From positions 5,517-69,516 of the forward strand of contig NZ_JAIETD010000070.1 of the NCBI RefSeq assembly GCF_019745455.1: a stretch of DNA of 64,000 nucleotides, in the 5' to 3' direction. Both the position numbers and the translations under genes were made by a program. Source of the stretch: Methylobacterium sp. (lineage in GTDB: Bacteria; Pseudomonadota; Alphaproteobacteria; Rhizobiales; Beijerinckiaceae). This document shows, piece after piece, positions 51,638 through 59,856 of the stretch (position 1 is the stretch's first letter; each line of letters opens with the position of its first letter). Below the pieces are notes generated by a model, which made no database searches, had not been told where the DNA came from, and was given only the letters and a program-made list of their open reading frames with translations.

Positions 51638-52276
51638 TCAGTGATCCTGGTCGATGTCGCGCTCCAGCACCGACTTGGTCTCCACCGTGGTGTCGGCTTT
51701 GAGGTGGTAGACCAGCGGGATGCCGGTGGCGATCTCGAGGCTGGCGATGGTCTTCGTCGTCATGCCGTCGAGCACCATCACGAGGGCACGCAGGGAATTG
51801 CCGTGGGCGGCGACCAGCACCCGCTCGCCGTTCATCACCCGGGGCAGGATGAACTGGATGTAGTAGGGCAGCACCCGCGCGGCGGTGTCCTTGAGGCTTT
51901 CGCCGCCGGGGGGCGGCACGTCGTAGGAGCGGCGCCACTGGCGGACCTGCTCGTCACCCCAGCGCTCGCGGGCGTCGTCCTTGTTGAGGCCGGAGAGGTC
52001 GCCGTAATCGCGCTCGTTGAGCGCGTCGGAGCGCTGGGTTTCCAGACCGCCCTGTCCCATCTCCTCGAGCATCAGCGAGCAGGTGTCCTGGGCACGGCGC
52101 AGGTTTGACGTGAAGGCGACGTCGAAGGAGAAGCCCTGGGCCTTGAGCCAGCGGCCGGCGTGGCGCGCCTCGGTGACCCCGAGCTCGGTGAGCTCGGGGT
52201 CACGCCAGCCGGTGAACAGCTTCTTGAGGTTCCACTCGCTCTGGCCGTGGCGAGCGAGGACGAGCAGACGCTCCAT
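51638..52276 (-). CDS. gpmA: 2,3-bisphosphoglycerate-dependent phosphoglycerate mutase
   Basis: [22 protein letters not shown] and AHGNSLR. Confidence 0.95.
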   Translation of the reverse strand: MERLLVLARHGQSEWNLKKLFTGWRDPELTELGVTEARHAGRWLKAQGFSFDVAFTSNLRRAQDTCSLMLEEMGQGGLETQRSDALNERDYGDLSGLNKDDARERWGDEQVRQWRRSYDVPPPGGESLKDTAARVLPYYIQFILPRVMNGERVLVAAHGNSLRALVMVLDGMTTKTIASLEIATGIPLVYHLKADTTVETKSVLERDIDQDH

Positions 52277-52393
52277 CGGGATTTCATCCTCTCGGTGGTG
52301 AATGGTGCGGCGCACAAACCGCGATGCGGCCGCTCATGCCAGCCCCTGCCTGAACGCGCAATGACAGGTGTATCCTATCACCAGCATTGCCTA

Positions 52394-53191
52394 TCAGAGG
52401 CCGAGCACGTCGGCCATTCCGTAGAACCCGGGCTGGCGATTATAGGCCCAGAGCGCCGCCCGGACGGCGCCGCGCGCGAAAACGGCGCGGTCCTCGGCAT
52501 GATGGCTAAGAGTGATCCGCTCGCCGGCGCCGGCGAAGACGACGCTGTGGTCGCCGACGACGCTGCCGCCGCGCAGCGTCGCGAAACCGATATCGCCGGG
52601 CCGGCGCGCGCCGGTATGGCCGTCGCGGGTCGAGACGCGCACGTCTGAAAGGGCGACGCCGCGCCCCTCGGCCGCCGCCTCGCCGAGGAGCAGGGCCGTT
52701 CCCGAGGGCGCATCGACCTTCATGCGATGATGCATCTCGACGATCTCGATGTCGAAATCTTCACCCAAGGCCGCAGCCACCTTGCGGACGAGACCCGCCA
52801 CGAGGTTGACCCCGAGGGACATATTGCCCGAGCGCACGATGCGGGCGTGGCGCGCCGCTGCCGCGAGCGTGACGAGATCGGCCTCGCCCATGCCGGTGGT
52901 GCCGACCACATGGACGATGCGGGCCTGGGCGGCGAGTTCGGCGAAGAAGGCCGTCGCCGCCGGAACCGTGAAGTCGAGGACGCCGTCAGTCGCGGCGAAG
53001 ACCGGCAGGGGGTCGTCCGTGACCGCGATGCCGAGGGGAGGCAGGCCGGCGAGCGTGCCTGCGTCCTGACCCAGAGCCGGCGACCCTTCCCTTTCGATCG
53101 CCCCAGACAGGGTACAGCCCTCTGCCTCGACCACCTCCCGGATCAGCATCCGCCCCATGCGCCCGTCGGCGCCGACAACCACGAGCCGCAT
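52394..53191 (-). CDS. dapB: 4-hydroxy-tetrahydrodipicolinate reductase
   Basis: [19 protein letters not shown] and [15 protein letters not shown]. Confidence 0.97.
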   Translation of the reverse strand: MRLVVVGADGRMGRMLIREVVEAEGCTLSGAIEREGSPALGQDAGTLAGLPPLGIAVTDDPLPVFAATDGVLDFTVPAATAFFAELAAQARIVHVVGTTGMGEADLVTLAAAARHARIVRSGNMSLGVNLVAGLVRKVAAALGEDFDIEIVEMHHRMKVDAPSGTALLLGEAAAEGRGVALSDVRVSTRDGHTGARRPGDIGFATLRGGSVVGDHSVVFAGAGERITLSHHAEDRAVFARGAVRAALWAYNRQPGFYGMADVLGL

Positions 53192-53287
53192 CGGTGGCTT
53201 GCTCCTTCACAGATCGCGAACCCGGTACAGTCTGGTGCGCGTCATGCCAAGGTGGAAGGAACGGCAAGCCGTCGAGGTTGCGACGCT

Positions 53288-53485
53288 TTAGTGCAGTTGC
53301 CCGTCAAACATCGACCAGGGATTTGGCGCGTAGGGCCCGGGTGCTTCCTCGGTGGACCGCATCGTAGCCGCCGGCTTCTCGCGCTCGACCACTTCGAGTG
53401 CGTGAATGACGTGCGCGTGAGCGTCAGCATCCTCGGCGACGACGGCCCGTAGGGCAGTGACCAGTTGTTCATGAACGTCGGACAT
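53288..53485 (-). CDS. Small hypothetical protein
   Basis: GGAG RBS before MSDVHEQ, amphipathic helix. Confidence 0.45.
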   Translation of the reverse strand: MSDVHEQLVTALRAVVAEDADAHAHVIHALEVVEREKPAATMRSTEEAPGPYAPNPWSMFDGQLH

Positions 53486-53514
53486 GAAGTCACGCTCCAA
53501 AGTGAGAGCTCGGT

Positions 53515-53889
53515 TTATGAGCGCAATATGTAGATTACCGATGTGCGCTTCCTCACCTGAATATCCGCTGATGATCTTGCCGGTTTAGCGTTCAGATTGA
53601 TGACGCGTCGAAGAAGAGCGTCGTTTCGGATCATGCTGCGGATCCTGATAAAACGATTTTTTCCGTCACCCGGGGAGCCCCTTCTGATGACCGATGCTCG
53701 GAAAGCCGGAGACCTGACGCGAACCAGATCCTGAGCCGAGCTCTGTGCATCCCTGCACAGGTCATGCACATCGATGCGCCGTTTGTCGGTCAGGTATGGC
53801 GGTACGTTTGACGCAACCCGTGGTGTCTGCGTGCACTTCGGGACCGGAAGGATCAGGTGGGGCGAGCGCGTATGCGCAGCATCGACCAT
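53515..53889 (-). CDS. Hypothetical protein (doubtful)
   Basis: Open frame only, no recognisable motif. Confidence 0.25.
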   Translation of the reverse strand: MVDAAHTRSPHLILPVPKCTQTPRVASNVPPYLTDKRRIDVHDLCRDAQSSAQDLVRVRSPAFRASVIRRGSPGDGKNRFIRIRSMIRNDALLRRVINLNAKPARSSADIQVRKRTSVIYILRS

Positions 53890-54137
53890 TGCATCGACGT
53901 CTGCAGGCTAAGGGGTGAAAGCGGGGGCTACGCCGAACAGCGACATTCCGCTGACAGAGCCCTGGGTAATCGGGCGCCGGGGTCGATCGGACTACGTCGG
54001 TAGACGAGGCTATTGGCTTTCCGACGTGCCCGGTTCAGGCGTGCCAACTTCGTGACGGAAAGGCAGCGTTCGTCTTGGGCCGCTTGGCCTGCGATGCAAT
54101 TCCTGCCCGTTGCAAATCGCTAAAAGGTTCCGCCGTC

Positions 54138-54320
54138 ATGGAATTGAGCCCGACAGAAGACCCAATTGCCATCCGTGAGATGGCGGCGGTCTTCTCGGCC
54201 GAGACCATCGCTCCCCAGGCCATTGGCTGAGATGAAAACAAGCATTTCCCTGTCGAAACGCTGAGAGACGCCGCCTACGGTATGGCAGGAATTTACGTGA
54301 CGTTGGAAGAATCCGGTGTT
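54138..54320 (+). pseudogene. N-terminal remnant of an acyl-CoA dehydrogenase (isobutyryl-CoA dehydrogenase-like)
   Basis: Manual translation gives MELSPTEDPIAIREMAAVFSAETIAPQAIG*DENKHFPVETLRDAAYGMAGIYV. TGA at 54228 sits where the family has Trp. Confidence 0.7.
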
Positions 54321-54820
54321 CAGGCGACCCGCTTCGTGTCCTGCTTGCCTGTGAACTCGGTGGCAATCGCCTCGCGGATCAAAGCCAGCCATCCTTCGGC
54401 GATCCTCGCCCGCTCTTCTGCCGCCTTGACCCGCTCGTCGGCCGCCTTCAGCAGAGCTTCGCTGCGCGCCTGTATATCGACAGCGCGTGCGTCGGTGGCA
54501 CGGACGCGTTCGGCGGCCGCCTTGATGTCTTCCCGCGCGCGATCAAGCAGGTTCTGGACGTGCAACTCCTGTTCTTGAGACTGGGCCTCGACCCGGCGAA
54601 CATGATTGGCCATGTCGCGGATGCGATCGATGAGATCAGCCCATTCCTGATCGGGAGATGTCCGCGTCGGCGGGCCATCAGCGCCAGGATGATCGAAGGA
54701 GCCGATCAAGCGCAGGACGTTGGTGATGCTGCCATCCGCGGCTTTGCTTTTGGCGGGGTCAATTGGCTCAGATGTCTGCACTGACGGACGCTCCCAGCGA
54801 ACCTGTGTGGCTGAACTCAT
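54320..54820 (-). CDS. Coiled-coil hypothetical protein
   Basis: Long heptad-rich helix (EWADLIDRIR...ERARIAEGWLALIREAI), GGAGG RBS upstream. Confidence 0.75.
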   Translation of the reverse strand: MSSATQVRWERPSVQTSEPIDPAKSKAADGSITNVLRLIGSFDHPGADGPPTRTSPDQEWADLIDRIRDMANHVRRVEAQSQEQELHVQNLLDRAREDIKAAAERVRATDARAVDIQARSEALLKAADERVKAAEERARIAEGWLALIREAIATEFTGKQDTKRVA

Positions 54821-54888
54821 GGAGGTTCTGACCTCTGGACCCTACGGAAGGCGAGTGGCGCTCCTTACCAAACTGTTAAGCAAATTGA

Positions 54889-54904
54889 TTAACGACACGT
54901 TAAC
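54889..54904 (+). promoter_or_regulatory. CtrA binding site
   Basis: TTAA-CGACACG-TTAAC, an exact TTAA-N7-TTAAC consensus. Overlaps an EcfG-like GGAAA-N16-CGTT (54891-54915, minus). Confidence 0.7.
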
Positions 54905-55106
54905 GGCGGTTTTCCAAAGTCGATTGTCGCTCGTTGTTGCCGCTGACCGTTAGCGTGACCCTGTGGACCGACCGTCGGGACGCCGAGTTTAACGAGTGAG
55001 AGCCTGACTGCTGACCCGTTGTCAGAGAGGACCATCAACCCTCCACACGTGGGAGGTTTATTGCACCGATGAAGCAATAATGATGCAGCCAGCACACCAT
55101 GATGCC

Positions 55107-55132
55107 TGAACCAATTTTGCACGCCTGACGTT
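55107..55132 (+). promoter_or_regulatory. sigma-EcfG promoter-like site
   Basis: TGAAC-N17-CGTT, 41 nt upstream of the lipoprotein start. Confidence 0.55.
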
Positions 55133-55173
55133 ACTCACCGCCCGTCAGAGGCATTCAATGATGAGGAACGCTC

Positions 55174-55362
55174 ATGCGCATTCGCACTCTATTGCCGCTC
55201 GTTGGCCTGCTCGCACTTGCCGCTTGCAAGGACGAAAAGAAGGCTGAGGTACCCAATCCGACAAACCCGCCGGCAGCGAGCGCGGCAGCGCCGACGACGC
55301 CTGCGGCAACTCCAACCACGCCCGTCACGCCTGCTCCCACGACTAAGCCACCTGCTCAGTGA
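55174..55362 (+). CDS. Small Pro/Thr/Ala-rich lipoprotein
   Basis: GAGGA RBS, lipobox LAAC (Cys18), low-complexity PTT/PAA tail. Confidence 0.8.
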   Translation: MRIRTLLPLVGLLALAACKDEKKAEVPNPTNPPAASAAAPTTPAATPTTPVTPAPTTKPPAQ

Positions 55363-55389
55363 TCCAAAGCAAACTTGCGATACGCAGAA

Positions 55390-55424
55390 GAAGGCCCCGG
55401 AGATTCAACACCGCCGGGGCCTTC
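55390..55424. terminator. Hairpin between convergent genes
   Basis: GAAGGCCCCGG-N13-CCGGGGCCTTC. Confidence 0.55.
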
Positions 55425-55497
55425 AAAAGATATGTCATACCGCGGAAGGACGGCCAGACCTACTGCCTGTTCCTCTGCCCTGGCGTATACAAACCCC

Positions 55498-55935
55498 TTA
55501 CTGACTCGTGCTCGAGCCTGTGCGCGTCGTCGACTTCACCGGCTTCGAGCCTGGCTCATGCGACATGGTCTTCGTGCGCGACTCGACGCTTTCGCCGTCG
55601 CGCACCTTTGTCTTGGTTTGCGACTTAGAGAAAATGCCCTGATCATTCGCCATGGCCTTAGACTGGCCATTCAGACCCTGACCCGTTTCGTTGACCTTGG
55701 ACCGGCTCTTGGCGTTCTCCCCCGCCGCACTGCCGCCGGTAGCCAAGGAGGAGCCAGTGCCGCTTGCGCCAGTGGAAGTGCCTCCGGTTCCTAAGGTCGT
55801 GGCGGAGGTTCCTCCAGCCGCCGCCGAGCCGCCAGTGCCACCTGTTGCGCTACCGCCGCTCTGAGCCAATGCGGCCGCAGGGCCAAAGAGGAGGAAGGCC
55901 CCGAGGGTCAAGCGCGTGATTGTTGTTGATGTCAT
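55498..55935 (-). CDS. Secreted Gly/Ser/Thr-rich protein
   Basis: GAGGAG RBS, signal peptide ending ALA-Q, TGG-type repeats, then Lys/Ser/Thr-rich C-terminal half. Confidence 0.8.
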   Translation of the reverse strand: MTSTTITRLTLGAFLLFGPAAALAQSGGSATGGTGGSAAAGGTSATTLGTGGTSTGASGTGSSLATGGSAAGENAKSRSKVNETGQGLNGQSKAMANDQGIFSKSQTKTKVRDGESVESRTKTMSHEPGSKPVKSTTRTGSSTSQ

Positions 55936-55945
55936 GGTCGTCTCC

Positions 55946-56335
55946 TCACTTGTTGTCCTTGGGCATGGTGACGACGCAATCGCCATTGCTGGTGGTCGTC
56001 ATCGTCGTGCCATTCGACGACGAACTCACGCCTGAACTCGATGATGAGCTGCTGGACTGTCCGTTGCCGGAGTTCGCGGTGACGGAGGGGCCGCCTGTGG
56101 TCGAGCTTTGAACACCCCCAGGTCCGGCCGTGACCGAACTCGACAAGGTGCCCGTGTTGTTGGCTCCATCCGAGCGAACGACCCGGCAGGGCTTCCCGTT
56201 AGGGCCCGTGGTGACGGTCGTGTTGCCTGAAACCCCACCTTGGCCGGTGGTGACGGTGCTCGTTTGAGCTTGGCTCAGGGCGCAACTCGCAGCCAGCAAT
56301 GTCGCAGTGATAAGGGGAAGAGCAAGGCGAAGCAT
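55946..56335 (-). CDS. Secreted Gly/Ser/Thr-rich protein with a Cys pair
   Basis: GAGGAG RBS, signal peptide ending SQA-Q, VTTG repeats, KPCRVV and GDCVV in the mature chain. Confidence 0.8.
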   Translation of the reverse strand: MLRLALPLITATLLAASCALSQAQTSTVTTGQGGVSGNTTVTTGPNGKPCRVVRSDGANNTGTLSSSVTAGPGGVQSSTTGGPSVTANSGNGQSSSSSSSSGVSSSSNGTTMTTTSNGDCVVTMPKDNK

Positions 56336-56411
56336 GGTGCATCTCCTCTGGAAGCGGGTTGGGCGCGGCTTTTCAGAACCGCGCCCGAGGATCAGCTAAG
56401 CCGCGAAAGGC

Positions 56412-56867
56412 TCACTTCTTGTCTTTGTTATGCCCCGGCGCGTTCTCGGAGTTGCCGGGACCGCTCTTGTCCCTACCCGGAGCGCTGTCGGACGCTCCTG
56501 CCGACGAGCCGCCGGTACCGACCGAAGAACCGCTCTTACCCGCGCCGGCCGAAGAGCCACCGGTGCCGACCGTCGAGGACGAACCCGAACCGCTGCCTCC
56601 GCCCGCCGAGGATCCACCGGTGCCGACCGTCGAAGAGCTGGTGCCGCCCCCCGCAGAAGAGCCGCCGGTGCCAACCGTCGAGGATGAGCTGGATCCCGAC
56701 CCGCTGCCTGCCGAGGAGCCGCCCGTGCCCACGGTCGAGTTGCTCGTGCCGCCTCCTGCCGACGAACCGCCGGTGCCGACCGTGGAGCTGGACTGTGCGA
56801 GTGCGAGCGCCGCGCCACCAACGACGAACGTGGTAGCGAGAGCGGCGATACGAAATTGCTTCAGCAT
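56412..56867 (-). CDS. Secreted protein with six S(T/S)VGTGGSSAG repeats
   Basis: GGAG RBS, signal peptide ending ALA-Q, six repeats, C-terminal PGNSENAPGHNK tail. Confidence 0.85.
   Translation of the reverse strand: MLKQFRIAALATTFVVGGAALALAQSSSTVGTGGSSAGGGTSNSTVGTGGSSAGSGSGSSSSSTVGTGGSSAGGGTSSSTVGTGGSSAGGGSGSGSSSTVGTGGSSAGAGKSGSSVGTGGSSAGASDSAPGRDKSGPGNSENAPGHNKDKK
56500..56795. repeat. Intragenic tandem repeat, six units of ~45-57 nt
   Basis: Core GAGCCGCCGGTGCCGACCGTCGAG recurs six times with synonymous variation. Confidence 0.85.
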
Positions 56868-56905
56868 GCGATTTCTCCAAGCATTTTGAACAATGCAGAG
56901 GCAAG

Positions 56906-56931
56906 AACGCCTTCCTGGAAGCAACCGTTCC
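56906..56931 (-). promoter_or_regulatory. sigma-EcfG promoter
   Basis: AACG-N17-GTTCC on plus = GGAAC-N17-CGTT, 39 nt upstream of the repeat-protein start. Confidence 0.75.
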
Positions 56932-57136
56932 AATAACTTGCTCGTAAGTTTAGAATAACCTCAGGTGAAGGCGGCATTCATCAGGAGTTCAGCGCAATCA
57001 TCGCCTTTCTTCTGTACAATAACTCGCAGGTAATAGCCCGCACTCATAAAGAGCGCGCGCTTTAGCTTGGCCGAGGCGTCCTAAAGATCCCGCATAGGGA
57101 TCGCTCGATCGAGCAATCGGAGTCTGGGGCGGCCAA

Positions 57137-57162
57137 AACGTCGCGCAGTCGAAAACGGTTCC
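57137..57162 (-). promoter_or_regulatory. Second sigma-EcfG promoter
   Basis: AACG-N17-GTTCC on plus, same direction, 231 nt further upstream. Confidence 0.55.
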
Positions 57163-57310
57163 AGGGTAGCGAGGGGATCATGAGATCTCTCATGGATGAC
57201 CGAAGCCCCGCAGGCAGCCAACAGAATTCTTAGTAGCTCCACCTTAGCTTCAGCCGCTCGGTATCTGGAAAAACTGAGGGAAGGTAGTTAAAATTTTCAG
57301 TTCTTACTTA

Positions 57311-57357
57311 TTAATTGGTTTGATTAGTAGTGAATAGTACTGACAAACATCAATTAA
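57311..57357. repeat. AT-rich imperfect inverted repeat
   Basis: TTAATTG-GTTTG-ATTAGTAG...TAGTACTGA-CAAAC-AT-CAATTAA. Confidence 0.55.
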
Positions 57358-57787
57358 AAACGAGTACCTTTAAGATATTGATAGAGCGATCATGCCGATG
57401 ATTGTTGTGACACTTGTCAACGACATCACCCTGGCAAATGTCGATTCAGCTGCCGAGAGGGATTCGCAGTGACATGAACCCGTTCGGAACAGGCTTAGCC
57501 CTCAACGTCTCGCGATGCGGTGGCGGTCAGCCGAGGTCGAATATCAATCCGCAGAAATCAGGCACCTCAAAGTAGAACATAAACCAACATTCGTCAAGTA
57601 TTCAGCCACGCGCTAAATCGGCACAGTTTAGAGATGGAAACAGAACGTCAAGCCTCTTTGAGCTATAAGCATATTTGCAGTACGAGGTCGTTGTCCTAAA
57701 TTGACGACCACGTTGGCACCTGGGTCGATTTTCGCATAGCGGGCGGTTTCCTACCCGCCAGAATAGTACACCTGAGACCATGCCGGA

Positions 57788-58837
57788 TCAGCTGACGACG
57801 ATTCGCTCATCAAGCCTCCAATCCACCGTCTCGACCGTCTCGTCAATCTCGGCGTTCGGTGCACCAAGCTGGTGCGAGATCAGTTTGATCAGCAGGTCAA
57901 CACGTTCGATGAAGGGGGCGCCGTTCGCCACCGCGCGGGCGGCCGATGACGGCTTGAGAAGGCTCTCAGCCGCCTTGGCATATTTCTCGAACGGCACTTG
58001 ATCCTCGGGGGCGGCTCCCAGTTGCCGAGCAATGGCATCAACGTGCTCGTAGATGGCACGCGAGCGCGCCAGATCGCCGTGAACCGCATCGCGAATTGAC
58101 TGAATCTCATCTGGCCTGATGCAGCGATAGTTCCCGGTCAGCAGCATCGACCACTTTGCTAGCGGGACAAACAGCGACTCGGACACCTTGAGCTTGACCG
58201 GCACGTCCTGACCGTCGAGCCGAACAGCACTGATATCCGATTCCAGATCCCGGAGAAGCTGATTGTGGATCTTGTCTGCGAACGGCGCGGCCTTGAAATT
58301 CGTCGGCAGTCCGACATGCAGCACGTTCGCACCTTCGTCCGGCGGGCGGAACGCTTGAGGATCGGGCGAGCAGAGCGACATTAAACCAGGCTCGAACCGG
58401 TCCCAGACGCTGGCATTGGTGTAGGCACCCTCCAAGTCCATTGCCGCGAGCGCAGGGATCCGCTTGAGGTACGGGAGAGGTGGCATGTTCATCAGGGAGA
58501 GACAGGGTAGCTTTGCCGCAGCAACCTTGATCATCAGCACGCGGATCGTGTGATTAGTGTATTGGGGCTCCTGCATGGCGAGAACGACCAAGTCATATCG
58601 CGTAACGTCGATATGCTCGGGCGAAGATGCGTCTACAGTTCCGGGAAGCTCACTTGACCGTATGGTTCTGTGGGCGGCTTCGTCCCGCAACTTAATGCGA
58701 ACTGCTGTCCCCTCTCGGTTGATCAGATCCGCAGTCTTCCTTCGGCAGACGAGGGTCACGTTATGACCCGCCATCAGCAACTTGGTCGAGAGCAGCGAGC
58801 CGTACGAGGCTCCCAAGATCAGGATGTTGCGTTGCAT
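57788..58837 (-). CDS. Rossmann-fold protein distantly related to ketopantoate reductase (PanE/ApbA)
   Basis: N-terminal ILILGASYGSLL...GHNVTLVCR, LVVLAMQEPQY, MNMPP. Confidence 0.7.
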   Translation of the reverse strand: MQRNILILGASYGSLLSTKLLMAGHNVTLVCRRKTADLINREGTAVRIKLRDEAAHRTIRSSELPGTVDASSPEHIDVTRYDLVVLAMQEPQYTNHTIRVLMIKVAAAKLPCLSLMNMPPLPYLKRIPALAAMDLEGAYTNASVWDRFEPGLMSLCSPDPQAFRPPDEGANVLHVGLPTNFKAAPFADKIHNQLLRDLESDISAVRLDGQDVPVKLKVSESLFVPLAKWSMLLTGNYRCIRPDEIQSIRDAVHGDLARSRAIYEHVDAIARQLGAAPEDQVPFEKYAKAAESLLKPSSAARAVANGAPFIERVDLLIKLISHQLGAPNAEIDETVETVDWRLDERIVVS

Positions 58838-59417
58838 GCTTGCTCTCCCCGGAAGCGCAGCGATAGGTGATGGAATGACGGCGAGCGACGGTCATCTCGA
58901 CCACGCATCAACGCTTCGATCCAGTCGCTTGTTGGACGAGGACACATCATAAGATGAACCTTGGGCCGGGCCAAAGCAGGTCGATAAAGACACTGGACGC
59001 GTCCATCCTCGTGCGGAACGAGCCCGGAGCGGGCTCAACCGGGCCGATGGTGGCACGACACGCTGAGGTCGCCGCGGCGCGTGAGTACAGCGGCCGTACA
59101 GTGGACGATAAGTGACGCTGCCCTTTGTGGGTCGTTCCGCAACAGATACGTCCTGACGAACGTCGCGAAAGGAGAAACTCTGATCGGCGTCTCACGCGAC
59201 GTGAAGGCTGTTCCGAGACGAGACCGTCTTGGAAAAAATCCAACGGGGCGTGTCTTGCCCAGGAACGCGGCACTTACTTTACAGGGAAAAATAAGAGCGC
59301 CTCAGTGATGAACTGACTTGAACTCTGATAGGTCGTTATGCATATGTGTGTTCACGAGCAGCACAGCTGCCACATGTTCTTGCGATCCACTTTTTAATTT
59401 ATCAAAGGAGTGACATC

Positions 59418-59507
59418 ATAGCTTGGACTGCACCGGTTGTTCTCGAAGTTTGTGTTGGCATGGAAGTCACCAGCTACGACTCGGCTGAGATCGACACCTT
59501 TAACTAA
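59418..59507 (+). CDS. pqqA: PQQ precursor peptide PqqA, orphan copy with ATA in place of the start ATG
   Basis: Manual translation gives (I/M)AWTAPVVLEVCVGMEVTSYDSAEIDTFN* (29 aa), with the E-X3-Y motif intact. AAAGGAG lies 7 nt upstream and a terminator follows. Confidence 0.85.
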   Translation: MAWTAPVVLEVCVGMEVTSYDSAEIDTFN

Positions 59508-59547
59508 GTCTTGCGAAAAAACTTAAAGACTTGTCGGCACTGACATG

Positions 59548-59572
59548 AAAAGCCGCCCTAGGGCGGCTTTTT
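59548..59572. terminator. Bidirectional intrinsic terminator after pqqA
   Basis: AAAAGCCGCCC-TA-GGGCGGCTTTTT. Confidence 0.85.
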
Positions 59573-59598
59573 GCTGTCTAAAAGAATAGCAAACGCCG

Positions 59599-59856
59599 TT
59601 AATCATCTTCGACTTGGTGTTGGTCCAAGCCACGAAGCGATACTGCGAGGCTGCAGGAAAGTCCCTCGCAGCAACATGACCTTGCCGATGGCGACAAAAT
59701 TTTAGTTGGTGCAGCAAACCGATACGCTACGTCTTTCCCGCGATCTCCAATTCCATCTCCCCCTTGTCCTTGATCGCCATAGTCCATCAGGACGTAACCA
59801 CGCTCTGCTAGCGCCGGATAAAGACTGTGGCGGTGCTTACTGGATGATTGCTCCAT
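59599..59856 (-). CDS. Hypothetical protein or remnant (doubtful)
   Basis: Open frame converging on the bidirectional terminator. No family recognised. Confidence 0.25.
   Translation of the reverse strand: MEQSSSKHRHSLYPALAERGYVLMDYGDQGQGGDGIGDRGKDVAYRFAAPTKILSPSARSCCCEGLSCSLAVSLRGLDQHQVEDD

Noticed and set aside
56500-56795. Regularly spaced direct repeats resembling a CRISPR array
   Set aside because: Repeats are in-frame coding units with synonymous variation and similar short linkers, and no cas genes are present.
55498-56867. Assignment as curli (csgAB) or InaZ ice-nucleation protein
   Set aside because: Repeats lack the curli N/Q register and the AGYGSTxTA InaZ motif, and there are no csgEFG genes. 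Kept only as an analogy.
57486-57509. GGAAC-N15-CGTC
   Set aside because: Wrong spacing, mismatched -10 and no downstream ORF.
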